Shown here piece by piece: positions 1-9,051 of a DNA stretch of 64,000 nt. How positions within the stretch are numbered: the first letter of the stretch is position 1; every line of letters begins with the position of its first letter. The DNA comes from a virus, in IMG/VR virus record IMGVR_UViG_3300030329_005371, positions 38,631 to 102,630 of that record, one strand, 5' to 3'. The notes beneath the pieces are model-generated. The model searched no databases, was not told the origin of the DNA, and saw only the letters and a list, made by a program, of their open reading frames with translations. The translations under genes and the position numbers were made by a program.

Positions 1-1
1 T

Positions 2-691
2 AGCCATCATGCGCCCTTAAAAAAGATTATACATGATAGACTTCCTGATTGGAAAATTAATTCTAGAAACAAGGAGCAAGCCTTCGCGATGGATTTACTG
101 ATGGATCCTAGTGTTAAAATTGTTTCATTAATTGGTAGAGCCGGCTCTGGAAAAACATTAATGGCCATTGCGGCTGGTTTACAGCAAACTATTGGCTTGC
201 GCTCTGAAAATAATCACTATTCTAGACTTATAGTTTCTAGACCCGTTCAGCCGCTCGGAAAAGATATTGGTTTTTTACCAGGAACAATGGAAGAAAAGAT
301 GCTTCCTTGGCTTATGCCCATTCAAGATAATTTGAAATTTCTTATGGGCGATCGCACATCCTTAGAAATGTATATGGAGAAGGGTAAAATTGAGATTGAG
401 GCTCTTACATATATTCGCGGCCGCTCGATTGCGAACGCATTTGTTGTAATAGACGAGGCTCAAAATTTAACAAAACACGAAATTAAGACTATTATTACTC
501 GTATCGGAGATGGAACGAAGATTATTTTAACAGGAGATATTGAACAAATTGACAATATTTATGTTAATGAAACTTCAAATGGCTTAGCGCATGCTGTAGA
601 AAATTTTAAACAATATCCCATCGCTGGCCACGTTACGTTTAAGAAAGGAGAGCGCTCTGAATTGGCTACGCTAGCCTCAAAAGTTTTATAG
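2..691 (+). CDS. phoH: PhoH-family ATPase (5'-truncated; frame is open from base 2)
   Basis: Walker A GRAGSGKT, RP..GKDIGFLPG, YIRGRS, Walker B IDEAQN, GDIEQID and RSELA motifs. The frame upstream of 89 has no stop (SHHAPLKKIIHDRLPDWKINSRNKEQAFAM). Confidence 0.95.
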   Translation, partial: SHHAPLKKIIHDRLPDWKINSRNKEQAFAMDLLMDPSVKIVSLIGRAGSGKTLMAIAAGLQQTIGLRSENNHYSRLIVSRPVQPLGKDIGFLPGTMEEKMLPWLMPIQDNLKFLMGDRTSLEMYMEKGKIEIEALTYIRGRSIANAFVVIDEAQNLTKHEIKTIITRIGDGTKIILTGDIEQIDNIYVNETSNGLAHAVENFKQYPIAGHVTFKKGERSELATLASKVL

Positions 692-699
692 CCGACAAA

Positions 700-706
700 T
701 ATTTAT
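700..706 (+). promoter_or_regulatory. Putative phage late-promoter motif TATTTAT
   Basis: Same TA(T/A/G)TTA(T/G) motif and spacing (16-26 nt upstream of the start codon) as at several other intergenic sites. Confidence 0.4.
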
Positions 707-724
707 TTAATAAGGAATTAAGAT

Positions 725-1033
725 ATGCCCGAAAAAACTACAGAAAAAGTAATCACAGAAGAAGAAGTTCACACCAACCCTATGTTAGCAATGCCAGTTG
801 TTCCTGATTCTAAATTAAAAAGCTTTTTGGTTGATTATGTGGGAGAAAAGTTGGCTCCCGACAATGAAGAAGTAACTGTTAATATGATCGCAGAAGTTTT
901 AGCTACGGATTTCCCAGAGTTTACTTTTGCGTTTGCCGAAGAAAATTTTCTTCGTGGATATCAATTAGGACTAGACGATGCTCAAAGCTTACATCCAGCA
1001 GAAACAGAGCAAACTGTTGGAACAACAGACTGA
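725..1033 (+). CDS. Hypothetical acidic protein
   Basis: 102-aa ORF with AAGGA Shine-Dalgarno upstream; no recognisable motif. Confidence 0.75.
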   Translation: MPEKTTEKVITEEEVHTNPMLAMPVVPDSKLKSFLVDYVGEKLAPDNEEVTVNMIAEVLATDFPEFTFAFAEENFLRGYQLGLDDAQSLHPAETEQTVGTTD

Positions 1034-1673
1034 TTTTTATACCTCTACAGGTTTACATGTTTTTTTTAAAGAACCTGTTGAAAATGTAGATGTAGAAAAA
1101 GTAATTGCCAAAGTAGAATCAACACTGCCTGCTCATTTAATATCTGAAATTGAGATGATTATATTTGGGTGGTTTGATGAGTTTGAAGAAAGAAGCTTAA
1201 ATGCTTTTTATGACGGAGGCACATTATATATCTCCAATATTCAAGATGACGCATCGGACTTATATGACGATATAATTCACGAAATATCTCACTCGCTAGA
1301 AGAGCCTCATGGCTATTTTCTTTATGGCGATAAAAAGATTGAAAATGAATTCTTAAGAAAACGCAAATATGCTCACGATATGCTATGGAAAATGGGATAC
1401 AAGATTCCTTTATCTGTTTTTATGAATCCGGAATATAATGAAGAATTGGATATGTTTTTATATGAAAAGGTTGGCTATGACAAATTAGGCCCTATTCTTA
1501 CTGGTGCTTTTCTCACTCCATATGCGATTACATCTCTGAGAGAATATTTTGCCACCGGATTTACGGAATTTTATCTTCATCCCGAAGAGCATGATTTTTT
1601 TAAAAAGGTGAGCCCCGAACTTTATAAAAAATTAGTTTTACTCCATGATCCAGAAAAACTTGACAACCAGTAA
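978..1673 (+). CDS. Putative zinc metallopeptidase-like protein (HEXXH, ATLF/gluzincin-like)
   Basis: NAFY...IIHEISHSLE motif plus downstream REYFATGF (candidate third Zn ligand) and C-terminal PELY. Confidence 0.6.
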   Translation: MLKAYIQQKQSKLLEQQTDFYTSTGLHVFFKEPVENVDVEKVIAKVESTLPAHLISEIEMIIFGWFDEFEERSLNAFYDGGTLYISNIQDDASDLYDDIIHEISHSLEEPHGYFLYGDKKIENEFLRKRKYAHDMLWKMGYKIPLSVFMNPEYNEELDMFLYEKVGYDKLGPILTGAFLTPYAITSLREYFATGFTEFYLHPEEHDFFKKVSPELYKKLVLLHDPEKLDNQ

Positions 1674-1688
1674 AAAAGTGGTTATAAT
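1660..1688 (+). promoter_or_regulatory. Consensus sigma70 promoter TTGACA-N17-TATAAT
   Basis: TTGACA at 1660-1665, 17-nt spacer, TATAAT at 1683-1688; GGAGGG SD at 1702-1707 before the TTG start at 1711. Confidence 0.9.
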
Positions 1689-1710
1689 ATAGTATAAATC
1701 TGGAGGGATT

Positions 1711-2475
1711 TTGCCACATATTTCATATTCGGAACTCAAAGATTGGGTAACTTGCGCGTTTTATCATAAACTTACGCGTATTGATAAGCTCAAGGGATTT
1801 AAAGGAAACGAGTTTACCGCATTCGGATCAGCTATTCACGCTGTATGCGAGAAAAAACTATTAAAAGAGGACATTGACGATGAAAGATTTTTTGTTCGTA
1901 GCTTTAATGATCATATTACTGACCTCGGAGACGATGTGCCTGTGGATAGCGGATTGGTTGATCAAATGGTGGGACAGGGGAAAGCTTTACTACCAGAAAT
2001 CGAAGAAGCAGTCGCAGAATACTTCGGAGAATACAACGTCGAAGCAGTAGAATTAAAGCTTTATGAACCAATATCAGGCGAAGAAGACTATATGTTCAAA
2101 GGCTATATCGATGCGATTGTCTCTACGCCAGATGGAAAGGTTCATATTTTTGATTGGAAGACTTGTTCTTGGGGCTGGGACTCTCGCCGTCGCAGCGAGA
2201 AGATGACAACTTATCAACTTACACTCTATAAGCATTTCTTTGCTCAAAAAATGGAGGTCGATCCAAAGAGCATCGAAACTCACTTTGCTCTTCTTAAAAG
2301 AACAGCAAAGAAAAATAGGGTAGAACTATTTAGGGTGACGAGCGGCCCAAGAAAAACCGAAAACGCTCTTAAATTATTGCACAAAGCATTATACAATATC
2401 AAAAATAAGCGATACATTAAGAACAGGCTCTCATGTGAGCGATGTACGTTTAGGCACACAAAAGAATGTCCATGA
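1711..2475 (+). CDS. PD-(D/E)XK nuclease, Cas4/RecB/AddB-like, with a 4-Cys putative Fe-S cluster
   Basis: ISYS..W..C, FGSAIH, E...KGYID, DWKT, QLTLY, C-terminal CERC.F...CP. Confidence 0.9.
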   Translation: MPHISYSELKDWVTCAFYHKLTRIDKLKGFKGNEFTAFGSAIHAVCEKKLLKEDIDDERFFVRSFNDHITDLGDDVPVDSGLVDQMVGQGKALLPEIEEAVAEYFGEYNVEAVELKLYEPISGEEDYMFKGYIDAIVSTPDGKVHIFDWKTCSWGWDSRRRSEKMTTYQLTLYKHFFAQKMEVDPKSIETHFALLKRTAKKNRVELFRVTSGPRKTENALKLLHKALYNIKNKRYIKNRLSCERCTFRHTKECP

Positions 2476-2482
2476 GGAATAA

Positions 2483-3769
2483 ATGACAAAAAAGAAAATA
2501 ATGGTCATCGCAGACCATCCACTATCGCCTTCCGGCGTTGGTACCCAGACAAGGTACTTTATTGAAGCTCTCTTAAACACTGATAGATATAAATTTATTT
2601 GTTTAGGAGGAGCATTACAGCATCAGGATTATAGACCGCAGAGAGTCGCTCCATTTGAAGATGATTGGGTAATATATCCAGTCGAAGGATATGGTAATGA
2701 CGAAATGATTCGCTCTATTCTTCGCAAAGAAAAGCCTGACGTGCTTTGGTTTATGACAGATCCCAGGTTCTATGGATGGCTGTGGGAAATTGAAAATGAA
2801 GTAAGAGTAAATGTCCCCATGATCTATTATCATGTGTGGGATAATTTTCCGGCTCCTTATTATAATGCTCCATTTTATAATTCTAATGATAAAGTTGTAG
2901 CTATTTCAAAAGTCACACACGAAATTGTTAAAACTGTCGCGCCTGATGTGGCGTGTGAATATCTACCACACGCAGTTGATCCTCAATATTTTAAGCCTGC
3001 GAAAGGTGGCGAAGCCGAAAGAAAAGTCGAAGCTGTAAAGAAAGCATTGCTAGAGAAAAATAGTGCGATTACTGCCAATCCCAAAAAGAAGATATTTTTC
3101 TGGAACAGCAGAAACGCTCGCAGAAAGCAAAGCGGTACGGTGATTTGGTGGTTTAAGGAATTTCTAGATGAAGTAGGGCACGATAAAGCATGCTTGTTAA
3201 TGCATACAGATGCTAGAGATCCTCACGGGCAAGACTTGCCCCATCTTATTGAGCACTTGGGAGTCAATGAAGGTCAGATATTTTTATCTACCAACAAGGT
3301 CCCTGCCGAAGATATGGCGGCTATGTACAACGCATGTGATTATACAATTAATATTTCAGATGCGGAAGGTTTTGGTCTCTCCGCATTAGAGTCATTAAGT
3401 TGTGGTGTGCCTGTTATAGTAACCATGACAGGAGGTCTTCAAGAGCAAGTAACAGATGGCAAAGACTGGTTTGGCTATGGAATCCAGCCCGCCTCTAGAT
3501 CAATTATAGGCTCCCTTCAGGTTCCATATATTTATGAAGATCGTATTTCTAAAGAAGATTTTATATCCACTCTCAAAAAGGCTCTTAATTTAAGTCCAAA
3601 GGCATACAAGAATTTGTCCAAAAAGGGACTTAAACATGTGGAGGAGAATTACAATTTTCAAACTTATAAAAAGAGATGGATAGAAATTATGGATAATTTA
3701 ATTGAAGAACATGGCTCTTGGAGCGAAAGAAAAAATTATACTCGCTGGCATTTAATGGAGGTAGCGTGA
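2483..3769 (+). CDS. GT-B glycosyltransferase, family 4-like
   Basis: DHPLSPSGVG N-terminus, PHAVD, RNARRKQ, EGFGLSALESLSCG (EX7E). Confidence 0.9.
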   Translation: MTKKKIMVIADHPLSPSGVGTQTRYFIEALLNTDRYKFICLGGALQHQDYRPQRVAPFEDDWVIYPVEGYGNDEMIRSILRKEKPDVLWFMTDPRFYGWLWEIENEVRVNVPMIYYHVWDNFPAPYYNAPFYNSNDKVVAISKVTHEIVKTVAPDVACEYLPHAVDPQYFKPAKGGEAERKVEAVKKALLEKNSAITANPKKKIFFWNSRNARRKQSGTVIWWFKEFLDEVGHDKACLLMHTDARDPHGQDLPHLIEHLGVNEGQIFLSTNKVPAEDMAAMYNACDYTINISDAEGFGLSALESLSCGVPVIVTMTGGLQEQVTDGKDWFGYGIQPASRSIIGSLQVPYIYEDRISKEDFISTLKKALNLSPKAYKNLSKKGLKHVEENYNFQTYKKRWIEIMDNLIEEHGSWSERKNYTRWHLMEVA

Positions 3770-5016
3770 AAAAGAAAATTTTATTAAAAGGACCCCTTCT
3801 GACGCGTTCGGGTTATGGAGAACAAGCGCGCTTTGCGCTTAGAGCGCTCAGAAGTAAGCCAGACTTATTTGATGTCTATATACAGCCATTAAGATGGGGC
3901 GCCACATCTTGGTTATTTGAAGATAACGAAGAACGCGAGTGGATCGATCAAGCAATAGAAAAGACTATCGGGTTTATTCAGCAGGGGGGCCAATTTGACA
4001 TCTCTCTCCAGGTTACCATTCCTAATGAATGGGAAAAATTGGCTCCTTACAATGTAGGATATACTGCTGGTTTGGAGGCCACGCGAGTTCCTCCGGTATG
4101 GATAGAAAAGCTTAATTCAATGGATAAGGTGATTACGATCTCTTCTTTTTCAAAAGATATCTTTGAATCATCCACCTACGAAGGCACTCACTCTGAAACA
4201 GGCCAGCAAGTACAGCTAGTCCCCAACACACCAATTTCAGTAGTAGGCTATCCTGTAAAGACGCATTCTGCGACACCTCCGTTGGATTTAGATCTAAAGT
4301 ATGATTTTAATTTTCTCAGTATTGCTCAATTTGCTGTAAGAAAAAACATTGAGCAAACTATAAAATGGTTTATGCAAGAATTCCGTGATGATGAGGTTGG
4401 CTTAGTATTAAAAACTAATCTAGCGAAAAACTGTTTGATGGATCGAGAAGCTACCTTAAACAAGCTTAAGCAGCTTGTCTCGTCTCTAAGTGACGGCGCC
4501 AAATGTAAACTTTATTTATTACACGGAGATATGACCGATGAAGAGATTCATTCACTTTATTGTCATCCTAAATTAAAGGCTCTGATTGCGTTGCCTCATG
4601 GAGAAGGATTCGGGCTTCCTATATTTGAAGCAGCATATTCTGGCATGCCGATTGTTGCCACTGGGTGGTCTGGCCAGCTAGATTATCTGGTAGACGAAAA
4701 TAAAAAAGAGCAATTTTACAATGTAAGTTATGATATCCAACCTATTCAAGAAAAAGCTGTCTGGGACGGTGTGCTCATGAAAGAAGCGATGTGGGCATAT
4801 GCCAAGGAGTCTTCCGCTAAAACACAGATGAGAAGATGTTACGAGGAAGTAATAGAAAATACTGGCTTAGCCGCAAAAAGTTGTGCGTATGCTGAACAAT
4901 TGAAAGAGCGCTTCAGTGAAGAAAAAATGTTTTCATTATTTACCGAAGCAGTACACCGGCAAGATCCTGAAATTGATGCGTGGTTAGCTAAACTTGAAGC
5001 AATTGAAGAGTTATGA
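3766..5016 (+). CDS. GT-B glycosyltransferase, family 4-like
   Basis: SGYGEQAR, RKNIE, HGEGFGLPIFEAAYSG (EX7E), TGWSGQLDY. Probable GTG start at 3766 overlapping the upstream TGA, with a GGAGG SD. Confidence 0.9.
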   Translation: MKKKILLKGPLLTRSGYGEQARFALRALRSKPDLFDVYIQPLRWGATSWLFEDNEEREWIDQAIEKTIGFIQQGGQFDISLQVTIPNEWEKLAPYNVGYTAGLEATRVPPVWIEKLNSMDKVITISSFSKDIFESSTYEGTHSETGQQVQLVPNTPISVVGYPVKTHSATPPLDLDLKYDFNFLSIAQFAVRKNIEQTIKWFMQEFRDDEVGLVLKTNLAKNCLMDREATLNKLKQLVSSLSDGAKCKLYLLHGDMTDEEIHSLYCHPKLKALIALPHGEGFGLPIFEAAYSGMPIVATGWSGQLDYLVDENKKEQFYNVSYDIQPIQEKAVWDGVLMKEAMWAYAKESSAKTQMRRCYEEVIENTGLAAKSCAYAEQLKERFSEEKMFSLFTEAVHRQDPEIDAWLAKLEAIEEL

Positions 5017-5708
5017 TAGATTTTTTGCCTTACGTAGAAGAATTTAAAAAAGCAATAACCAGCACATGGCTTACACCGCGCGGCATTATGTTTAGTGAGG
5101 GTTTTGCGTTAGTTAGCTTGATGAAGCATTTTGACATAGATCTGATGATTGAGTCGGGGGTGGCATATGGAGGATCAACCGAAATGATGGCCCTCGCGAC
5201 ACAGAAACCAATTGTTGGGATTGATACATTTACTTGTTATGATGATTCATATGTATATGCCAAGAATCGATTAGCTAAATATAAGAATGTGTTGTTAATA
5301 AAAGGCGACAGTTTTGATAAACTTCCTGGGATTTTAAATACTTTTACTGGCAACAAAATTGGAATTTTCATTGATGGGCCAAAAGGCGAGATGGCTATAG
5401 ATATGTCTCGCCAATTGTATGAGGGAGATCATAGAATTAAGTTTATATGTATCCACGATCTTTGCCATGGAACTCCAGAAGCTGAAAAATGCGCGCGGAT
5501 TTTTGATGATATAATTTTTACAGATGAGCCTGCTGGCTACTTTGCTGAAGCCCGAGAACAAATTGACTCGCATATGCTTAAGATAAATAAACAATTATGT
5601 GAGGAAAGCAAATCTTCTTTAAATCCGGCTCAGGGATTGGGATATTTACAGACTTCATTAAGAGAGTATCCTTATGGCTTTGGAATGGCAATTATAGTAA
5701 GAACATGA
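5013..5708 (+). CDS. Class I SAM-dependent methyltransferase (Methyltransf_24-like)
   Basis: IESGVAYGGST motif I, GID, GDS, FIDGPKG, IHD. Confidence 0.75.
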   Translation: MIDFLPYVEEFKKAITSTWLTPRGIMFSEGFALVSLMKHFDIDLMIESGVAYGGSTEMMALATQKPIVGIDTFTCYDDSYVYAKNRLAKYKNVLLIKGDSFDKLPGILNTFTGNKIGIFIDGPKGEMAIDMSRQLYEGDHRIKFICIHDLCHGTPEAEKCARIFDDIIFTDEPAGYFAEAREQIDSHMLKINKQLCEESKSSLNPAQGLGYLQTSLREYPYGFGMAIIVRT

Positions 5709-6559
5709 CTAAAAAAGTTATCTTTATTGCTGACGCGTTCGCTCATCAGCACACTGGTGGCGCCGAACTACATGATGCTGTTGTGATTGATTTTTTTCAG
5801 ACGAAGAATATTTTACATGATGTTAAAAACACTTCTCTTATTACTGTAGATTATATTAAGAAAAATACTGATAAAATATGGTTTATCTCAAATTTTGTTG
5901 CGCTAAAAAATGTGTGTAAAGCGTTATTGGCTAAAGAGTGTGAGTACTATATCTACGAACATGACTATAAATTTTCTAAAGTACGAAATCCTATAAACTT
6001 TCCAGATTTTTTGTGCCCCAAAAGCGATCTTATGAATCTTAATTTCTACGCTGCTGCAAAAAAAGTAATATGTTTAAGCAAGATGCACCGAGAAATTTTT
6101 GATAAAAACTTACACCTACCTAATATTGTCAATATTAATTGTAGTATGTGGTCGGATAGTCAGCTCGATCTGTTTAAGAGGCTTCAAAAGCCGCATAAGA
6201 ATGGAAAATTTGCCGTCATTAAAACCGGCAACCCCACCAAAAGAATGCCTCAAGCAATTGAATTTTGTAGGGCCCGGAACATTCCTTTTGATCTGATAGC
6301 ATCTCAAAACTATGAAGAATTTATTGACATATTGTCAAACTATAGAGGTCTTGCTTTTATGACTGGGCACCCCGAACCCACTCCTCGTGTAGCTATTGAG
6401 GCCAAAATGCTAAATTGTAAATTTATAGCGCCCAAACACTTGATTAGCGTGGCTCATGAGGATTATTTTCACTTACAAGGTCTTCATATGATAGAAGAAG
6501 TAAAGAAAATGCGAGATGTTGCATTAAATCGTTTTATGGGCTGGTTTGATGAGACATAA
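5705..6559 (+). CDS. Putative GT-B glycosyltransferase
   Basis: N-terminal GGAE, YEHDYK, EPTPRVAIEAKMLNC (EX7E-like). Confidence 0.65.
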   Translation: MTKKVIFIADAFAHQHTGGAELHDAVVIDFFQTKNILHDVKNTSLITVDYIKKNTDKIWFISNFVALKNVCKALLAKECEYYIYEHDYKFSKVRNPINFPDFLCPKSDLMNLNFYAAAKKVICLSKMHREIFDKNLHLPNIVNINCSMWSDSQLDLFKRLQKPHKNGKFAVIKTGNPTKRMPQAIEFCRARNIPFDLIASQNYEEFIDILSNYRGLAFMTGHPEPTPRVAIEAKMLNCKFIAPKHLISVAHEDYFHLQGLHMIEEVKKMRDVALNRFMGWFDET

Positions 6560-7253
6560 CATTCTAACTGTGGCTAATGAAGATTATCGTTCTTTTTTGA
6601 TATTATTTGTTAATTCTCTTTTTGAATTTGGCAATTTAAGCGAAACTGAAAAGATATATGTATTCGATACAGGCCTTAGTCAAGAAACCCGTGATTATCT
6701 TTTGTGTTTTCCTAAGATAGAAATTCGAAATGCTGGATTTACAGCTCAATCAGACGCTATACATGATTCTGGATGGAAGCGCAATACTTATTCTAAGACT
6801 AAATTTTTGAAAGATATATTAACAAATACTCAACTTCCTACATTTATGATTGATGCCGATTGTATTTTTATTCAAGATTTTTTAGACTTGATAGATGAAA
6901 AGTGTGATATAATAGGATGTGAGCGACAACGAGAAGGATTTTCTAAATATATTGGCTCTTTTTTTGGAGCCATTAATGTTGAGCAATCAATTAAGTTTAT
7001 AGATTTGTGGATAAAAAATATTCAAATATTACAAGACACCACGGCGCTTAAACATTGTGAAAGCCCTGCTTTGGCTAAAACTATCGAGGAATATGATTTT
7101 AAAGTTCAAGACTTAAAAGAGCAAATAGTATCGGCGGTATTTCCTTCACAAGAATCACGCATAATACATCTTAAGTCTGATCACTATGCGCTGACAGTAC
7201 AAGATCGACTAAATCTTCAACATGCGCAAGAATTTGTAAAAAGGTACTTATAA
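6549..7253 (+). CDS. GT-A nucleotide-diphospho-sugar transferase (GT77/GT8-like)
   Basis: MIDADCIF DxD motif, DTGLS, K-x-K before the DxD, IIHLKS. Confidence 0.7.
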   Translation: MRHNILTVANEDYRSFLILFVNSLFEFGNLSETEKIYVFDTGLSQETRDYLLCFPKIEIRNAGFTAQSDAIHDSGWKRNTYSKTKFLKDILTNTQLPTFMIDADCIFIQDFLDLIDEKCDIIGCERQREGFSKYIGSFFGAINVEQSIKFIDLWIKNIQILQDTTALKHCESPALAKTIEEYDFKVQDLKEQIVSAVFPSQESRIIHLKSDHYALTVQDRLNLQHAQEFVKRYL

Positions 7254-7960
7254 TGTTATTGTCAGTAGTAATCTCAACGTATAATAGATCAGATGTACTG
7301 AAACAAAATTTAGATCACTTTAAGAATCAGACTGATATGGAATTCGAAATAGTGGTAGGTATTGATGGTTCGACCGACGATACAATACAAATGTTGAATT
7401 CTTATCAGGGCCCATTTAGTTTACGCTGGATCAATACCGGTGAAACTGAAAAATACTGTTTAGCAAAAGTTCGCAACATGGCTATTGTTGAAACTGTAGG
7501 ACAAGCCGTTGTTATTTTGGATGATGATAGCTTTCCGACTCCTGAGTTTATAGCAGCGCACAAAAGCTCTGCGCAAAGAGGAGTTATTACAGGTGGATAT
7601 AGAAACTCTCACGATCCTAAAGACTCGCTACATCCAAAGATGAAACGTACGCTTTTAAAATATGGAATCAATAAACTAAACCCAATCACTGAAAGAATAG
7701 TAGAAAATAATGCCTGTATGATGCGGTCAGATTTGATTGGCTGCGGCATGTTTTCTGAAAGATTTGAAGGATACGGCGGCTGTGGTCAAGAGTTTATATG
7801 GAGATTGGCCTATCAAGGCTACCAATATAAATTTAATCCCGAAGCAATGATCTATCACCACCGCGAATTCGAGGGAGACAATGGTCTAACAAGAGAGATA
7901 AAAGATCAACAGGCCATGGAGATGTCTAAAATGATTTATAAACACTGCGGGAATTTTTAA
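7253..7960 (+). CDS. Glycosyltransferase family 2
   Basis: SVVISTYNR, IDGSTD, RN..I, LDDD, FSERFEGYG, YHH. Confidence 0.92.
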   Translation: MLLSVVISTYNRSDVLKQNLDHFKNQTDMEFEIVVGIDGSTDDTIQMLNSYQGPFSLRWINTGETEKYCLAKVRNMAIVETVGQAVVILDDDSFPTPEFIAAHKSSAQRGVITGGYRNSHDPKDSLHPKMKRTLLKYGINKLNPITERIVENNACMMRSDLIGCGMFSERFEGYGGCGQEFIWRLAYQGYQYKFNPEAMIYHHREFEGDNGLTREIKDQQAMEMSKMIYKHCGNF

Positions 7961-9051
7961 TGAACATTCCACTACTAGATTTAAAAAGACAATATCAAGC
8001 TATAAAAAAGGAGATTGTTCCCCTTGTGAATGAGATCATGGAATCTCAATGGTTTGTTAACGGCCCGCGCGTTAAAGAATTTGAAGAGAATTTTGCTAAT
8101 TTCTGCGGAGCATCTCATGCGGTTGGGTGCTCTTCGGGCACAGACGCGTTAATTATGGCACTAACAGCATTAGACATTGGCTGTGAGGACGAAGTAATCA
8201 CAGTGCCATTTACTTTTTTTGCCACTGTCGAAGCAATTATTAGACGAGGCGCCTCTCCTGTATTTGTTGATATTGAAGAAGAGACCTTTAATATTGATAC
8301 TTCACAAATTGAGGCGGCTATTACCCCTAATACTAAAGCTATTATTCCTGTTCACCTTTTTGGACAATGTTCAAATATGGAGGAGATTAGAAATATAGCA
8401 GCCAAGTATGATCTAAAAGTCATAGAAGATTCAGCACAAGCGGTAGGTGCGACATGGAAGTCCGACCGGGCTGGCTCAATGGGCACATTAGGGTGTTTTA
8501 GTTTTTTTCCTTCTAAGAATTTAGGCGCCTTCGGAGATGGAGGCATTGTTACTACTAATGATGAAGAGCTGTATGAGAAAATGTTGCGTACGCGTCAACA
8601 CGGCATTGATATGAAAAATCCTTATTATTATGAACACATTGGAGGAAACTTCAGACTTGATGCCTTACAAGCAGCTGTATTAAACGTAAAACTTAAGTAT
8701 ATTGAACAATGGCAAGCACAGCGCCATCAGAATGCGCTATATTATAACGAACGCCTGAAAGGGGTGATTACACCTCCGTCCTATGAATATGCTTATCATG
8801 TTTATAATCAGTATGTAATTCGTAGTTCTATGCGCGATAAATTAAAGCAAAAACTACATGATAATAATATTGGATGTTCCGTTTATTATCCTTATCCTAT
8901 ACACCTACAGCCTTGCGTGGAGATGCTTGGTTATAAAGCAGGTGATTTTCCTGTAACGGAGAAAGCTTGTTCTGAAGTATTGGCCCTTCCAATATTTCCC
9001 GAGCTAAGTCAAGCGGAATTAGATCGTGTTATCGAGGTGATAAACCAATGA
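7960..9051 (+). CDS. DegT/DnrJ/EryC1/StrS PLP-dependent sugar aminotransferase (WbpE-like)
   Basis: SSGTDAL, FTFFAT, PVHLFGQ, EDSAQA, SFFPSKNLGAFGDGG (PLP Lys), NFRLDALQAA. Confidence 0.95.
   Translation: MNIPLLDLKRQYQAIKKEIVPLVNEIMESQWFVNGPRVKEFEENFANFCGASHAVGCSSGTDALIMALTALDIGCEDEVITVPFTFFATVEAIIRRGASPVFVDIEEETFNIDTSQIEAAITPNTKAIIPVHLFGQCSNMEEIRNIAAKYDLKVIEDSAQAVGATWKSDRAGSMGTLGCFSFFPSKNLGAFGDGGIVTTNDEELYEKMLRTRQHGIDMKNPYYYEHIGGNFRLDALQAAVLNVKLKYIEQWQAQRHQNALYYNERLKGVITPPSYEYAYHVYNQYVIRSSMRDKLKQKLHDNNIGCSVYYPYPIHLQPCVEMLGYKAGDFPVTEKACSEVLALPIFPELSQAELDRVIEVINQ

Noticed and set aside
1693-1700. T4-type late promoter TATAAAT(C)
   Set aside because: One mismatch, only ~11 nt from the start codon, and better explained as AT-rich sequence just downstream of the perfect sigma70 promoter.
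1711-2475. CRISPR-Cas locus suggested by the Cas4-like gene
   Set aside because: No repeat-spacer array and no cas1/cas2 or effector genes seen; solo Cas4-like nucleases are common in phages.
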